Shown here: positions 31,118-43,023 of the stretch, one piece after another
Layout: every line of letters starts with the position of its first letter
How positions within the stretch are numbered: the first letter of the stretch is position 1
Assembly (NCBI GenBank): GCA_964019335.1
Contig: OZ025714.1
Span: 62,001 to 126,000, forward strand
Direction: 5' to 3'
Length of the DNA: 64,000 nucleotides
From: Diplonema japonicum
Lineage: Eukaryota; Protista; Euglenozoa: Diplonemea
Position numbers and translations under genes: made by a program
Notes under the pieces: model-generated
Database searches by the model: none
Seen by the model: only the letters and a program-made list of their open reading frames with translations
What the model was told of the DNA's origin: nothing

Positions 31118-34012
31118 CTACAACGTCCATGCCACACAAGCACCATCAGAGAGCTGGTGAGCGGTGGTCTGGTAAGTCTTGCCCCACAGCTTCAGGGTCG
31201 TCCATTGCAGGCTGCCTGTGGTCACGCACAGTTTGGCCTGTTGCCCACTCCTTGCGAGAGTTCCAACCAGCGATGGGAGGAAAACAGGGAGCGTGAAGTC
31301 GCCGGTAGTTTCCACTGGAGCAAACGAAACAGTCCCTGTGTGGCGGTTGATGTCCTGCCCTGAGAGGCGCAACATGGTGTGCCACACAGTCATGTAGTAC
31401 CCGTAGTGAGATGACAGGTAGTTGGAGCCAGGGAACTGCGTGTAGTTCCCCCTCAGGATGCCTGCCGCGTTCCACAGGTCGTTCAGCCCCTGCGTGAGCC
31501 TCAGGTACGGTCTGGAGACCACCTCCATCGCCTGCTCCACGGTGCCGTGACCGATCGCCAAGCGGAGTGACCCGTGGTCCGCTGGTGCCATCATCCACAC
31601 ATCCTGTTCGGTTTCTGTGTTCCCCGACTCCCTCCCTGTCAAGATCTTCAATCCGTATGCGTCATAGTTCGTCCTTCCCTCCGTGTCCAGGTGCTTGCCG
31701 AGGCGTGTCGTGTTCACCACATGGCCCAGCCCCACACTGTGCGCCAGAACCTGTCCGTAGAAGCTGTCTGCCATCACAGCCTTGCCTCCTGTGTATGCAA
31801 TGTACGCGCCCAGCTCCTCATCCCACATCAGTGAGTCGAGTCCGTGCAGTGCCGCGTCCCCTGCCGCTGTGTACTTCGGGGCATCGCTGTCCCCCATGAA
31901 CTGCGCAAGTTCTGCCATGGCACGCATGGCCGCGATGTGGAACACCGTCGAGTAGGTGGAGGCATCGTACCTGTTGAGGGCAAGGATGTCGTACGTCGTC
32001 TGCAGCTTGTAGGGCATCCCGCTCACAGTCGACACAGAGATCTGCCATTCGGCCGCCTTCTTCGCAACAGGGTACCACTCCTTCACGAAGGCCGTGTCGT
32101 CATTCCACTTTAGCAGCTCCAGCAAGTAGATGATGTACATCGTGCTGCAGTCAGACATGATGCGCCCACAGCCGTGCTCGAAGCCAGAGTCGATACCTGC
32201 CATGCACCCGCATGCCAGCTGCTCCTGGATCATCCCGTTGGCCGCCTGTGCCTTGCCCCAGCCGATGATCTTCGACTTCGTCGCCTCCGGGAACAGCATG
32301 ATGTACGGGATGTGCCTCTCCCCGTCGTTGTGCACGCTGTCCACGTTCACACAGTCATACGCCTCCCACTGCCTCCACCGCCCGTCGTGGAACCACATCG
32401 CGGACCTCACATGGTGCAGAGTCCCGATAAGCGTGTCCCTCATCCACACAGGGAGGGTCGACTTCAGCACAGGGTCATGGATCGCAGCGATGTCCTTCAG
32501 GGTCGGCAGCAGGTCGTTCGCAAGTGTCAGCGCCGCGTCATTCGAGTCCTTCACGTACATCGTGTAGTAGTTCCCCAGCGACTGCGACAGGTAGTTGTGG
32601 CTAGGGAAGTAGTACCCAAGCACAACTGTGAGCACCACTGTCTCGCCAGCAGCAACGTCCGTGTTCACTGCGATGGCGCCATGCCCCCCGTTGGCTGCCA
32701 CTGTGTTGTCGAGCTTCCCGTTTGCCTGGAATTGCGCCCACAAGTCCTGGAAGTCCCCTGTCCCCACTGTCACCTCTCCGCCTGTGGCCTGTAAAGTGTA
32801 GTTCCCCGCTGTCGGCCCCGACACTGCCTTGTTCACTGTGATCCCCGACCCTGCCTTGCTCCATGAGGCCTTCGTCCCGGAGGAAGTCCCGTCCTCAAAT
32901 GCGTACAGCGGAACATCTTTCTGCATGGCGCACTGCCCCGCAGCGTGGTTCCACGTCAGGCATCTGGTGTCAAAGTTGCACAGCTGCTGGCACTGCTCGG
33001 GGGTCGCAGCCGCCGTTGTATTATACACCTCTCCATGACGCTGTGTGTTCTCTGCGAAGGCGGGGAGGTTGAAGAAGGCGCTCACCGTCTGCGTGCCGGC
33101 ACCATTGTTCTTGAACATCATGCTGAAGGCGACGGCGGGGTGGTGGCTGCGCGTCATGTTCCCCGAGGTCATCCTGCCGTAACCGAAGAGCGAAATATCG
33201 ACGGTGTCGGCTTTCGTCTGCAGTCGTGTCACGGGGGGCGACCCGCCAAAGGTCAACGAGTCCACACCTTGAGTGAAAGATTGGGAGGGGTGTGTCTGGA
33301 GGAGCCTTGTCCAAGAGCTACCTGCCTGTCGAACAGAGGCGCCGAATGCTGCCATCTTCTGTTTGGAGAGCTTTGCGGAGCCTGCGGGGGAGTTGTTCTC
33401 TGTGGTCCATGCAGTGAGGGTTCCGTCGCCGCGCAGCTCCATCGTGCCAGTTGCCAACCCGCCAAGAGGGGGCGCGGAACGGATACCGACAGGAGGCGAT
33501 GCAGAGTCCGGGAGGGGCAGACGGGTCACGGTGCCGTACTGCATAGCGGTGTTGCTGCGCTTGGAAGGAACGGAGTTCTTGAGGTAGCAGCAAGGTTCTT
33601 TGTCTTTGCAGGAATGGAAGTTGCCGGGGGCGGAGGCAGCAAAAACCCACGCCATACAGGTGAAATCGTTGCAACACGCCTCTCTGCACTGATCAGCCGT
33701 GGCACCGGGAATCTGCACGCTGTCACTCCCAGGCAGGTCGTAACCTGTCATGACTGGCGTAGCAGCAGAACAGCTGCTGTTGAATTGCCCGCTGAACATA
33801 GTAGGGTTCGAACCACGGCTGGCCCACGCAAAGTCAGTGGTACTGATGTTCTCTGGCTCCAAGTAAAGCGACGGCTGCTCATACACAACCACAGTGTCCT
33901 TGCTAGTCCACACGCCTTCATTCAAGAAGGTCATCCCATTCAACGCATCAGCTAGAGGTGACGCTTGGCACACACCAAGCCCTGCACACAGTGCTACCAA
34001 CACCTTTCGCAT
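31118..34012 (-). CDS. Secreted glycoside hydrolase family 116 (GBA2-like) with two PAN/Apple-like modules
   Basis: Signal peptide; PLGGLATGTMELRGDG (GH116 N-domain); WRQWEAYD and QTTYD candidate catalytic acids; two C-x3-C...C..W...C modules. Confidence 0.85.
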   Translation of the reverse strand: MRKVLVALCAGLGVCQASPLADALNGMTFLNEGVWTSKDTVVVYEQPSLYLEPENISTTDFAWASRGSNPTMFSGQFNSSCSAATPVMTGYDLPGSDSVQIPGATADQCREACCNDFTCMAWVFAASAPGNFHSCKDKEPCCYLKNSVPSKRSNTAMQYGTVTRLPLPDSASPPVGIRSAPPLGGLATGTMELRGDGTLTAWTTENNSPAGSAKLSKQKMAAFGASVRQAGSSWTRLLQTHPSQSFTQGVDSLTFGGSPPVTRLQTKADTVDISLFGYGRMTSGNMTRSHHPAVAFSMMFKNNGAGTQTVSAFFNLPAFAENTQRHGEVYNTTAAATPEQCQQLCNFDTRCLTWNHAAGQCAMQKDVPLYAFEDGTSSGTKASWSKAGSGITVNKAVSGPTAGNYTLQATGGEVTVGTGDFQDLWAQFQANGKLDNTVAANGGHGAIAVNTDVAAGETVVLTVVLGYYFPSHNYLSQSLGNYYTMYVKDSNDAALTLANDLLPTLKDIAAIHDPVLKSTLPVWMRDTLIGTLHHVRSAMWFHDGRWRQWEAYDCVNVDSVHNDGERHIPYIMLFPEATKSKIIGWGKAQAANGMIQEQLACGCMAGIDSGFEHGCGRIMSDCSTMYIIYLLELLKWNDDTAFVKEWYPVAKKAAEWQISVSTVSGMPYKLQTTYDILALNRYDASTYSTVFHIAAMRAMAELAQFMGDSDAPKYTAAGDAALHGLDSLMWDEELGAYIAYTGGKAVMADSFYGQVLAHSVGLGHVVNTTRLGKHLDTEGRTNYDAYGLKILTGRESGNTETEQDVWMMAPADHGSLRLAIGHGTVEQAMEVVSRPYLRLTQGLNDLWNAAGILRGNYTQFPGSNYLSSHYGYYMTVWHTMLRLSGQDINRHTGTVSFAPVETTGDFTLPVFLPSLVGTLARSGQQAKLCVTTGSLQWTTLKLWGKTYQTTAHQLSDGACVAWTL

Positions 34013-34733
34013 ATTTAAAGTATCCTGAGGCGGCTGGCTTTAAAGGAATAGGGGAAAGAAAAAAAAAAGTCAAACATATAAGGTATATCATCATCCTAAC
34101 TTTCTTTTCTTTTTTTCTTTTTCCTTATATCCTCCTCTCCTCCCCTGTTACTTTCTTTGAATATGACGCTAAGGCGGAAAGGAGGAAGGTTGGGGGGGGG
34201 GGGGGGGGGGGGAGGGGACAAGACCAAAGAAAAATACGATCAAATAAAAAAACGTGTCTTTTTGAAGGGGACCTGTAGTATGTGACAGGATCGCCTAAGA
34301 AAGAAACAGAAGAAGAAAAAGAAAAAAAGATAGAAACAGAAAAAAGAAGAGAGAGAAAAAAACATGTTTGCCTACTTTCTTTTTTTTTTCTCTTCTTCTC
34401 CCCTCGTTTCTATTTTTTTCTTTGTCTCGAAGAGGGGGGATGATCACCCACCCGTCTCACCAACATAGTACACACCATCCAAAAGAAAAAAAAAATGTTA
34501 AGAAATTTTTCTTTTTTTCGTTCCTTTTTTTTTTTTTTTTTTTGCATTGTTTCCGATTTCCCCTTTGTCCTAATACATAGCAACAGCCCTAAAAAGGTAG
34601 TACTTGTCTTGGGTTTTTTTTTTTTTTTTTTTTTCTTTGAATCTACAAGTATGTGAAGATAATTTTATACAAAAAAAAAGGGGGGAAAGGGAGGGGGACG
34701 GGAAAAATCACGAGGGTAGAGAAAGCGCACATC

Positions 34734-37700
34734 TCACACCGCAAGGCGGCCCTCAGACCCAACCACATCAGCCATTTCGGTTTCGTCTCCTTCCGATGGA
34801 GACTTTTCGTACGCAGGGCCTGCCGATTCCCAAGGACAGTGACGATTCGAGGCGTAGTAATAACTACAGGATCCTAGACAGACGCAAAGGAAGCCTGCAA
34901 TGACAAGGGCAACAACTTGTGTTATCCCAACTGTGTGTATTTTATTTTATGTGCTGCTTTTCTGGCGCATACATTCGTAGTTGTCTGGCATAAGACACTC
35001 CCCGATATTTGCCCCTGGCACTGTGTGGTGGTCATATCTGTTCCCACAACGTTCGCCGCCGCAGCTGCTCTTCTGCCACTCTGTCACATTGTCTAAGCAT
35101 TCATCGTGTCCGCAGAACTGAGGCGACCCTGCCACGTTCGAGAAGTGCTTCGAGCACACACAACTGCACCCAAGTTCAACAAAGCCGTCCTGTTGAAGAG
35201 AAAAAAAAATTCCAAAATGGTGAAGACCAGCCATACCGGTACACCATGGAAGGAACACGCTGAGGCGTCGCACAAGGTGTCCGCCACACACGTTGTGTGG
35301 CCTGTCTTGGGGTTCCTCATCATACCCGCTTCGCACTGTCGATTTATTTATTTCCCCTTTTTCATTTTTTTTTTTTTGTATAATACCGCAAGACACTCGC
35401 ACTTTGGGCTGCTCCAATGCACCGGAACACCGTCGCATCCTGCCACCCTGGGGCACACCTCGCTGATTGGAACATGCGTTGCCGACGCCATCACCAAAGG
35501 TGTGCTGATGGCCAGCTGCCGCGACAGCGTGTTGGCAAGCGTGCTGAGCGGGATGTTTTTTAGATGCTTATCGAATGTAGATTGCGGCAGTGTGAACAGG
35601 TAGGACACCACAAGAGACCCTGAGTGAATAAACACCTTGAAGCTTGGGGGTGCCGTTCCCATCAACGACCGGAGCACTTCGTCGGCTTTCGCCACGAGCG
35701 CATCCTGCTCAGCCTTGGGCAGCTCTTCATAGACAGCAAACGACGCGTGTGGGAAGGTCACGTCGATGAAGCGGTCATTGACAGCCTCACGCAGCGAGCA
35801 GTCCTCGCCCTTCCAGTCCGTTAGACAGGTGCAGTTGTGGTTGTCAACACCATTCGCAGGCCACTCGCAGACACCGCCGTTCTTGCAGACTGGGCACGTA
35901 CAGGAATTTGCCCCGTTGCACTGTATCTGGTTAGGACACACACACGACCCGTCTAGCATCTCGTCCTCTATGAACAGTTCCAATGGTGAGCTGCTGTATA
36001 TGCACAACAGCCTGTCCACGTCCTTCACGTGCGTGCAGCGCGTTGCCGTCCCCAGCGTGATGCCAAACGCGTTCAGCACTTCAGTCAGCAGCGTCGTGCT
36101 CGACGACAGGGTGCTGATATGCTTCTGTAACACAAATGATATGAATGTGGACTGTGTCCTCTCCACTGTGGGGACCTCTCTGCGCAGGACAGGGGCACCA
36201 ACGGGTTCGCCCAACACCTTCGAAGCCAAACCAGTGCTTACGGTCGTCCGCAAGGCACTCACATCCCCGTCGTCTGTCACAGGCTGCACTGGTGACGTGG
36301 ATACAGCGGTAAGTACAAACGACAAGCGTGTTGTGCTGCCCTTCGAAATACCCGATGCTGTTGCATCGTACTCCAAGCCACCCAAGCATGTGCTGCCTGT
36401 GTTACCCATCGGGTGGAGCCCACATTTAGCACGCTCTTGGCATGTGTGTACAGCCACATTCGTGTCGCAGAAGTGTGACGCCTGGCATGTGCACGTCCCT
36501 GTGGTGCTGTTGAAGACAGAGTTGTATCCACATGACAGCGCTGACCCCTGACTCCCGCATCCACGCAGAAGCTCGCACGTGCCGCTGTTGCAGAACACAT
36601 TAACGTTGCCGTTCACAGGGGGACACAGGCACTTCTGGTTGCTCCCGTCGTGCATGAGGCCCGACTCCACGCACTCGTACTCTTTCCCAATGTTGTCGCA
36701 CTTCTTGTCGGCTATGCACACCCCGGGGCCAGCACCACCGCGGCATGTGAATCCCGAGGCGCAGGTACACTTCCCGCCTTGCAGGAATGAGTTGCCTATG
36801 CATTGTGACGCCTGCAATACAGTGCCCGACTGGCTGTTGCATCGGTACTGTACATTAGGCTGGCACGCCAGCCCGTTGTTGATGGGTGCAGCTATGTAGC
36901 CGCTACCGCACTGGGTGCACATGCACCCAACACGCAATCCGTTGGTGGCAATGCAGCCCTTAGTGAAGGAGGAGCTGCAGACATCCCGCGTGGCAGCCAC
37001 AGCAACGACAGTGGGCGTGGTGTCAGAGATGCCCGAGCACTGCACGTCGAAGGAAGACACGGGGCTGGGCAGGTTGGAGGCCACCTGGCTCGTACATGAG
37101 GTGGTGATCCACCCCGAGGATGTGTAAATGGCACCTTTGGGAGAGTCAAAGGAGAAGGAGTACCCGGGGTCGCTGATAGGGGTTACAGGGAGAGTCCAGT
37201 TCATGAGTGTGCTGGACGCCGTGAGGTACTTTTGGCTGCTCATATCGTACAGGCACACCATGCTGGGCGGGCCAAGCAGGGGCTTGCTTGTGGGGTCGAA
37301 CCCGAAAGGCGAGCCTTCCAACAAGGCAACCACTTGCACCACCTGCGTGCCCTTGGCGACAGGTGAGCTGATGTCATCTACTTTCTCAAAAACAAGAGAT
37401 CCGCTGCCCCCAGCTACCGAGGCGGTGGTCTCTGCACCGTTGACATCTGTGCTGCATGCCTGCAGTTGGTATACCCCCGTCTTGCTGTGCGTGCCACATG
37501 TACCGAAAGGCGAGTTCAGCACTGTGCTTACACCGATGGTGCATATCAGGTTCAGAGCCGTCGTCACCATCTGCGCCCCTGACGCCTGCGCAAGAAGGAC
37601 TTTTGCCTCCCTCTTCTTCGCTCCCGCCGTCAGTCCAGTAAACAGTCCTCCTAGAGCATCCCCAAAGGCTGTCCTGCCGGCTGAGTTCATGGTATCCCCC

Positions 37701-40700
37701 ACCTTCACTATCTTCAGCACCTGTAAGTTTTGTTATGCATCGCAACGGGCATACGTTGGCAATCTGCTCATGGGCAGCTTCTCTAGTGGTTTGGGGGACA
37801 GTCTGCACGTTCTGCGAGTGATTATGAAAAAGGAACCAACCACAATACCTCAGAGTTAATAGTAGTGAACAGGTCGCTTGCCGCCGACGCGATGAGGGAC
37901 GTCTGGCTGATCTGCAGCGAGGTGGTGCTTGAGATGGAGCTGGTCAACGCAGACGCAACTTGCTTGGCAGCCTCGACACGTGCAGAGGGGGTGGAGGCAC
38001 TGAGATGGGTGAGTGCCTGGGACGAGCGTGTCAACGAGGACAGCGTGCTGCTGGACGCCGTGGACAGCGCAGTTATAAGGGACACTACGTAAGCGTCTTG
38101 CTGTGCGGCTGTCGACGGCGGCGTCCAAGCAGGGACTGTGAGGTCAACAGTGTTGGTGGAGAGAGCGGTCCCGTTCTTTGAATCAGTGGCAATACACGCA
38201 ACTTTGATCACGTAACTGGTAAGAGAAAGGCGCGGGGCTGACAGGTCCATCACAGTGCTTTCAGTGACGGGGGACAAGCCCACCGCTTCGCTAATAACAC
38301 TGGTGGACGTGACGTCGGCGATGTAGTACTTCAGTGGTGTGTGACTGTCCGAGAAGCCAGAGCACGTTGCCTTAAGGACCTCCTCCGTTGTGGTGAAGGT
38401 GTTCTTGTCGACACTGATCACGCCAGGCGTGTCGAAGGTGTTTACAGTGATACTGAACGTGCCCTGCCGTGAGTCGGAGTTGTAGTTAATCGCCAGCGTG
38501 CACGTAATGCTGCCGCCAGCAGGGATAGACGCAGCTGGGAACGTGAACGACGCCTTCGTCGAGGTCACACCGCTGCACTTCCATGCGTATGTTTTCTTCG
38601 TTTGCAGGAACGACGCACTTGACGTCCCAGCACCGGCTATCACTACGGAGAGGGCGTAGTCGCCCTTCGCAAGCGTTACATCATTCTTCACCAGACCACC
38701 GTTCACATAGAACTCCAGCACGGGGTCCACAAAAGGGGACAACGTCAGCGAGTGTGTCACAACAGACACGCCGCTCTTCAGTGCGAGCTGGAACTCTGCC
38801 TTCGTCGTGTCGAACGTGCTGCTCTGTGGTGGGAAAGAGAGCGTGAATGAGAACTTGAATGCAGCCACCTCGCCAGCGTAGTCATCGATGTGCAACGGGG
38901 TGCCCACAAATGCACTCCATTGCAGCAGCCCTGAAGAATCCGAGGGCACGAGGTCCCTCGCCACGCTAGGGACAGGGTTGCCCCACTCGTCGAGCAGCGT
39001 GACGATACATGTAGCAGGCTCACCTTGGTACATGGTGTCCCTGTTGCACTGGATGGTGCTTTTGTTTGAGGGCTTCAGGTACGAGGACAAGGGTGGGTAG
39101 GGGGAGGATGTAAGCTCGAGAGAAGACTGGTGGATATGCAGCTCACCCTTGCCCCAGGAGACGGCGGAGAGAGGCACCGTTGTGACGGGAATCATGTTGC
39201 GATAAGTGTTGGTGCGGTTCAGCAGCGCGAAAGAATCGACTGCGCTGTCGTTGCGCGATGAGTACGTCACGCTGATGGTGTAGTCGGTGGCAGCGGTCTC
39301 TAGCGAAGGGAGGACAGCCAGTTGGCAGCTGTCAACGGCTTCTACGTAGCACTGCCTGACATCCTCGTCCTCCTCAGCAGCAGACATGGTCTTGAGATCA
39401 GCACATACCACGTTTCCGCCTGTCACCTCGCCGTACCTGAAGGCGTACTCCAGCAACCCCGTCTGGGAACTGTCTACTTTTGTGGTTATGAAGTTCAAAC
39501 TCCCGCCCACAACCGCTTTGAACTTCAACACCCTCTCTTCCAGGAGGTCGCTTGTGACACTGAACCTGTACAGGATGGGTGTGGGGCTTGTCGTGCTTGC
39601 TGTCCCTGCAGATGTAGTGACCAGCTTCGTATCTGTACTCCAGAAGGAGCTGGCGAAGTAGACAGTCATCGGCAGCGTGAGCCTGCAGTTCGTGCAACCA
39701 GGCGCTGTGGGCACCACGTCGCACTGCAGACTGCTTCCCACGTATAGCCAGTTTGTGGGTGGCACAGTCGGGACGTCCACAGCACCCTGCGATGTCACGC
39801 TGCTCCCCAAGCACCCGACGAACACGTCATCTGCAACCGTTGTCCCGTTCGCCAACTTCCTCAGGCACGACAGGGTCAGCCCCAGAGCGTCCCCCACGTT
39901 CACGGGGAGCGCTGCAGTGAGCTTCACTTCGAAGCCGCTCCATTCCTCGGAAGTGAGGGAAGCGCTCACGAGGTACGACCCCTCAGACGCAATGGGCGGG
40001 AGGGTCACAGTGTAGATACCCAGTGTGGGATCCTGCTGCGTGGCGGTTACGGTGCTGATGACCGACCCGCCAGTGAAGGCGCTGAACACGGTGGCGACAA
40101 CCTTCCGACCGTCACCCGTGACAAGGCGGCCTGTTCTGTCGTTGGCGGTGAAGGTGCAGGTGATGCTGCGGCCTGTGAGATAGCGCTGGGCTTGGTGCGG
40201 GGCGCATGCTAGTGCTGAGGTGGTAACGTCGGTGGGGTCAGGCTCGCTAGGGGTCACAGTGGGAAGGGTCAGGGTGACCGAGTCCGTTTGGGTTTCGGAG
40301 AAAGTTTCGGTGACGGTGGGAACGGTGGCGGTGGCAGTCTCGGTGGGCGTGGCAGGGACACAAGGGGACGTGGTGTAGGCAGTGAAGGCACGGTTGCTGT
40401 CCCAACAATCCGCACCGCAGAGGCAGAAGTAAAGGAACGACAGCTGGGTATTGTCGGTGGAGCTAGGCTTCTTGTTGAGCCAGCCATCGCTCGCAATGGG
40501 GTCGCTTAGACAGGATGCGCTTCCCGCGGAGTCTCTGCACACGTACCCATTCGCACACTGCACTTTGCATATCCTAGCAGGGCTCAACGCTTGCTGCCCA
40601 CAGGCCACCGCGTCGGTGTTGTAGTCACAAAAGCCTGTCATCCCCGACCCACACCCACTAGGCACTTCAATCGATACTCCAACGTCGCTCTGCGTCAACC

Positions 40701-40857
40701 CCTTGCATCCGGTGTGCGGAAGACAGCACGTGGGCCTGTCGCACGTCACACAGCTTCCCCCTATGTTCTTCTCCCCTGGATCACATGCCACATCGCTGCA
40801 TACTCCAGCAGATTCAGTTACTGCTATCCACCCGATTAGCACAAGGAGCCACTGCAT
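34734..40857 (-). CDS. ~1970-aa type-I membrane protein (Cys-rich, Thr-rich, Ig/REJ-like, GPS-like, EGF-like, SEA-like, TM); exons 40857-37849, 37811-37755, 37720-35387, 35335-35237, 35189-34973 and 34930-34734
   Basis: Five GT-AG introns (37, 34, 51, 47 and 42 nt) join ORF-track fragments in frame; signal peptide at the start; the last exon gives TM VVALVIAGFLCVCLG plus a short acidic tail. Confidence 0.82.
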
Positions 40858-43023
40858 TAAGTGCCCTCCCTGCCCTGTTATTCTTTTTTTCTTTTTTTCT
40901 TCCCATCATTCAAATTATGAGCGGGTTCAGACTGGGTGTTCTTCTGGCAAAAACAAAAAGAAAAAATATCCCTCATCAAGGACGGGCCTGATGGAGTGAT
41001 CAAATCTGGCAGTTTCACTCTCCTCGTGTACTGCCTCCACTTTGCAGTTTTTTTTTTGGGGGGGCTTTTTGCAACCTAGCAACGTTTTACCTCGCAGTTT
41101 GCTTCAGTGTTACACTCCTCAAGCCTTTCCGGTGTGTTTGCGGTTTTAAGGATTTCTTACTCAGAAATTAGAGCTGAAGTTCGGTTTCTCACTTTAAATA
41201 CTCGTGCGGGCGGGCTGACCCCCCCCCAGAATACGATAATGGTAATGGGAAGAGAAAAAAGGTGGGGGGGAAGGTGGGTGGGTTTTAAAAATGGCTTTTT
41301 GGGGGGGGGGTTAAATATAAAAAATTGAATTGGCCGTCTTTCTTTTCCTTCTTTTAAGAGGGGGGGGGGAGTGTGTGGGGAGGGGTTTTTTTTTTCCCAT
41401 TTCCTATTTTTTTTATTCTTCTTTTTGGTGGATGGAATAGGGACGGAATGAACAAAATTTTCTTTTCTGTTGGTTGCGTGTAGGGGGGAGGGGGGGAAAG
41501 GAAGGGGGGGGGGGGGGGGGGGGGCAGAAGAAAACAAAGAGAAAAATATCTTGCTTAGGCGGAATGCAAAAAAATTCTTTCTTGACTTTAGGGAGGAGTG
41601 CGGATGCTTGTATTGGGGTGGGGGGGAGAGAGAACTTCATTTTCTTAAAACGGATATTTAAAAAAAAATTGTTGCTTTGTGCAAAATCAACAACAATTCA
41701 TTTACAATTTACAGCGAACAAAACGTCTGATTTACTTCTTTGGATGTACTTCTTTGTACCAGTTTATCCCTGTTTCACTCTCTTTGAAGTACTCAAGGAT
41801 TTCTTCTTTTTTTTTTCTCCCCATCTTTTTCTCATTCTTTTCTCCCTCGTTTGCGATGTTTACAAAAATGACACCCTTTTTTTTTTTTCTTTTTCTTTTC
41901 TTTTTTTTTTCTTTTTTTCCTTTAAATCTTGTTCTTTTGTTTTTTTTTCCCCCCTTTTTAAAAAAAAAAGGAGAGAAAAAAATAAAATAGAACTTAGGGC
42001 AGTGGGAAAAAAAAGGGGGGGGGGGAAACAACAATAACATCACATAAGCAGGTTTGCGGGCGTGCAGCTGCCCGTCGTCTTTAGCAGGATCAAGTTTTTA
42101 CAAAAAAAAAAAAAAAAAAGTTATATTACAAAAATAAATAGTAGGTATGAAGAAGAAGAAGAAAACTAAGCAAAAAAAAAAAAGCTTCTTCTTTTTCTTC
42201 TCCTCCTTTCACGCACGTAAGTTCCCTGTTTTTAACCAAGGGGCTCGTTCCCCCCCCCCTTTTTTTCTTATTCGTTTGTTTTTCCTTATTTTGCCTCCGA
42301 ACTTTATATACAGTTACATGCTAAACAAAGTCCATCGGGTACGCACTGGTTGTTAATTTTTTTTCCCCCAAAGAGAATAGTAGAAATACACAGGCAGATT
42401 TAAAAAAAAAAAAAGGAGGGAGGGAGGGAGGGAGAGAGATCAAAAAGCAGAAACCGAAGAAGGTGGGGGAAATAACACGATTCCCTCCCCCGCCCCACCC
42501 CCACCCCCTCATTTTGCTTTTTTTTTTTTCTTTTTCCCTTGAAAGATCCCCCCCCCCCCTCCCCCCCATTCTCATCCATCCCTTTTGTAAAGCAATAAAA
42601 ATTTGATAAATTTCGGTGTGCGGGTGGGTGCTCACCGTTCAGGGAAAAATTCACTAATCGGTCACCGTTCTGTGGTTGCTGTCTGGCACTGGCGGTTGGA
42701 TGGCCCCCGCGTGCACTGGACATTCAGAACTAGACCTTTTGGTTCTGAGCACGCGGTCACGGCCCAGCTCGAGGCCGTTTATCGAAGAAGTCACCTCTTG
42801 GTGGTACCGCCCTCAGCCATGTCAATACTCTTGACCTGGCTTTCTCGGCGTCCAGCGACGTTTGAGCAACCAGGTGAGAGACCAGTGTTCCCTGAAATAA
42901 AAAAAAAAAGGGAGAAGGGTTGTCGGTTATATACATTTTGTGAGGGGGGGGGGGGGGGGGGGTAATGGGAAAAAAAGTCTGTTTTTTTTTCTTCTTCTTT
43001 TTTTCTTTTTTTCTTTTTAAATA

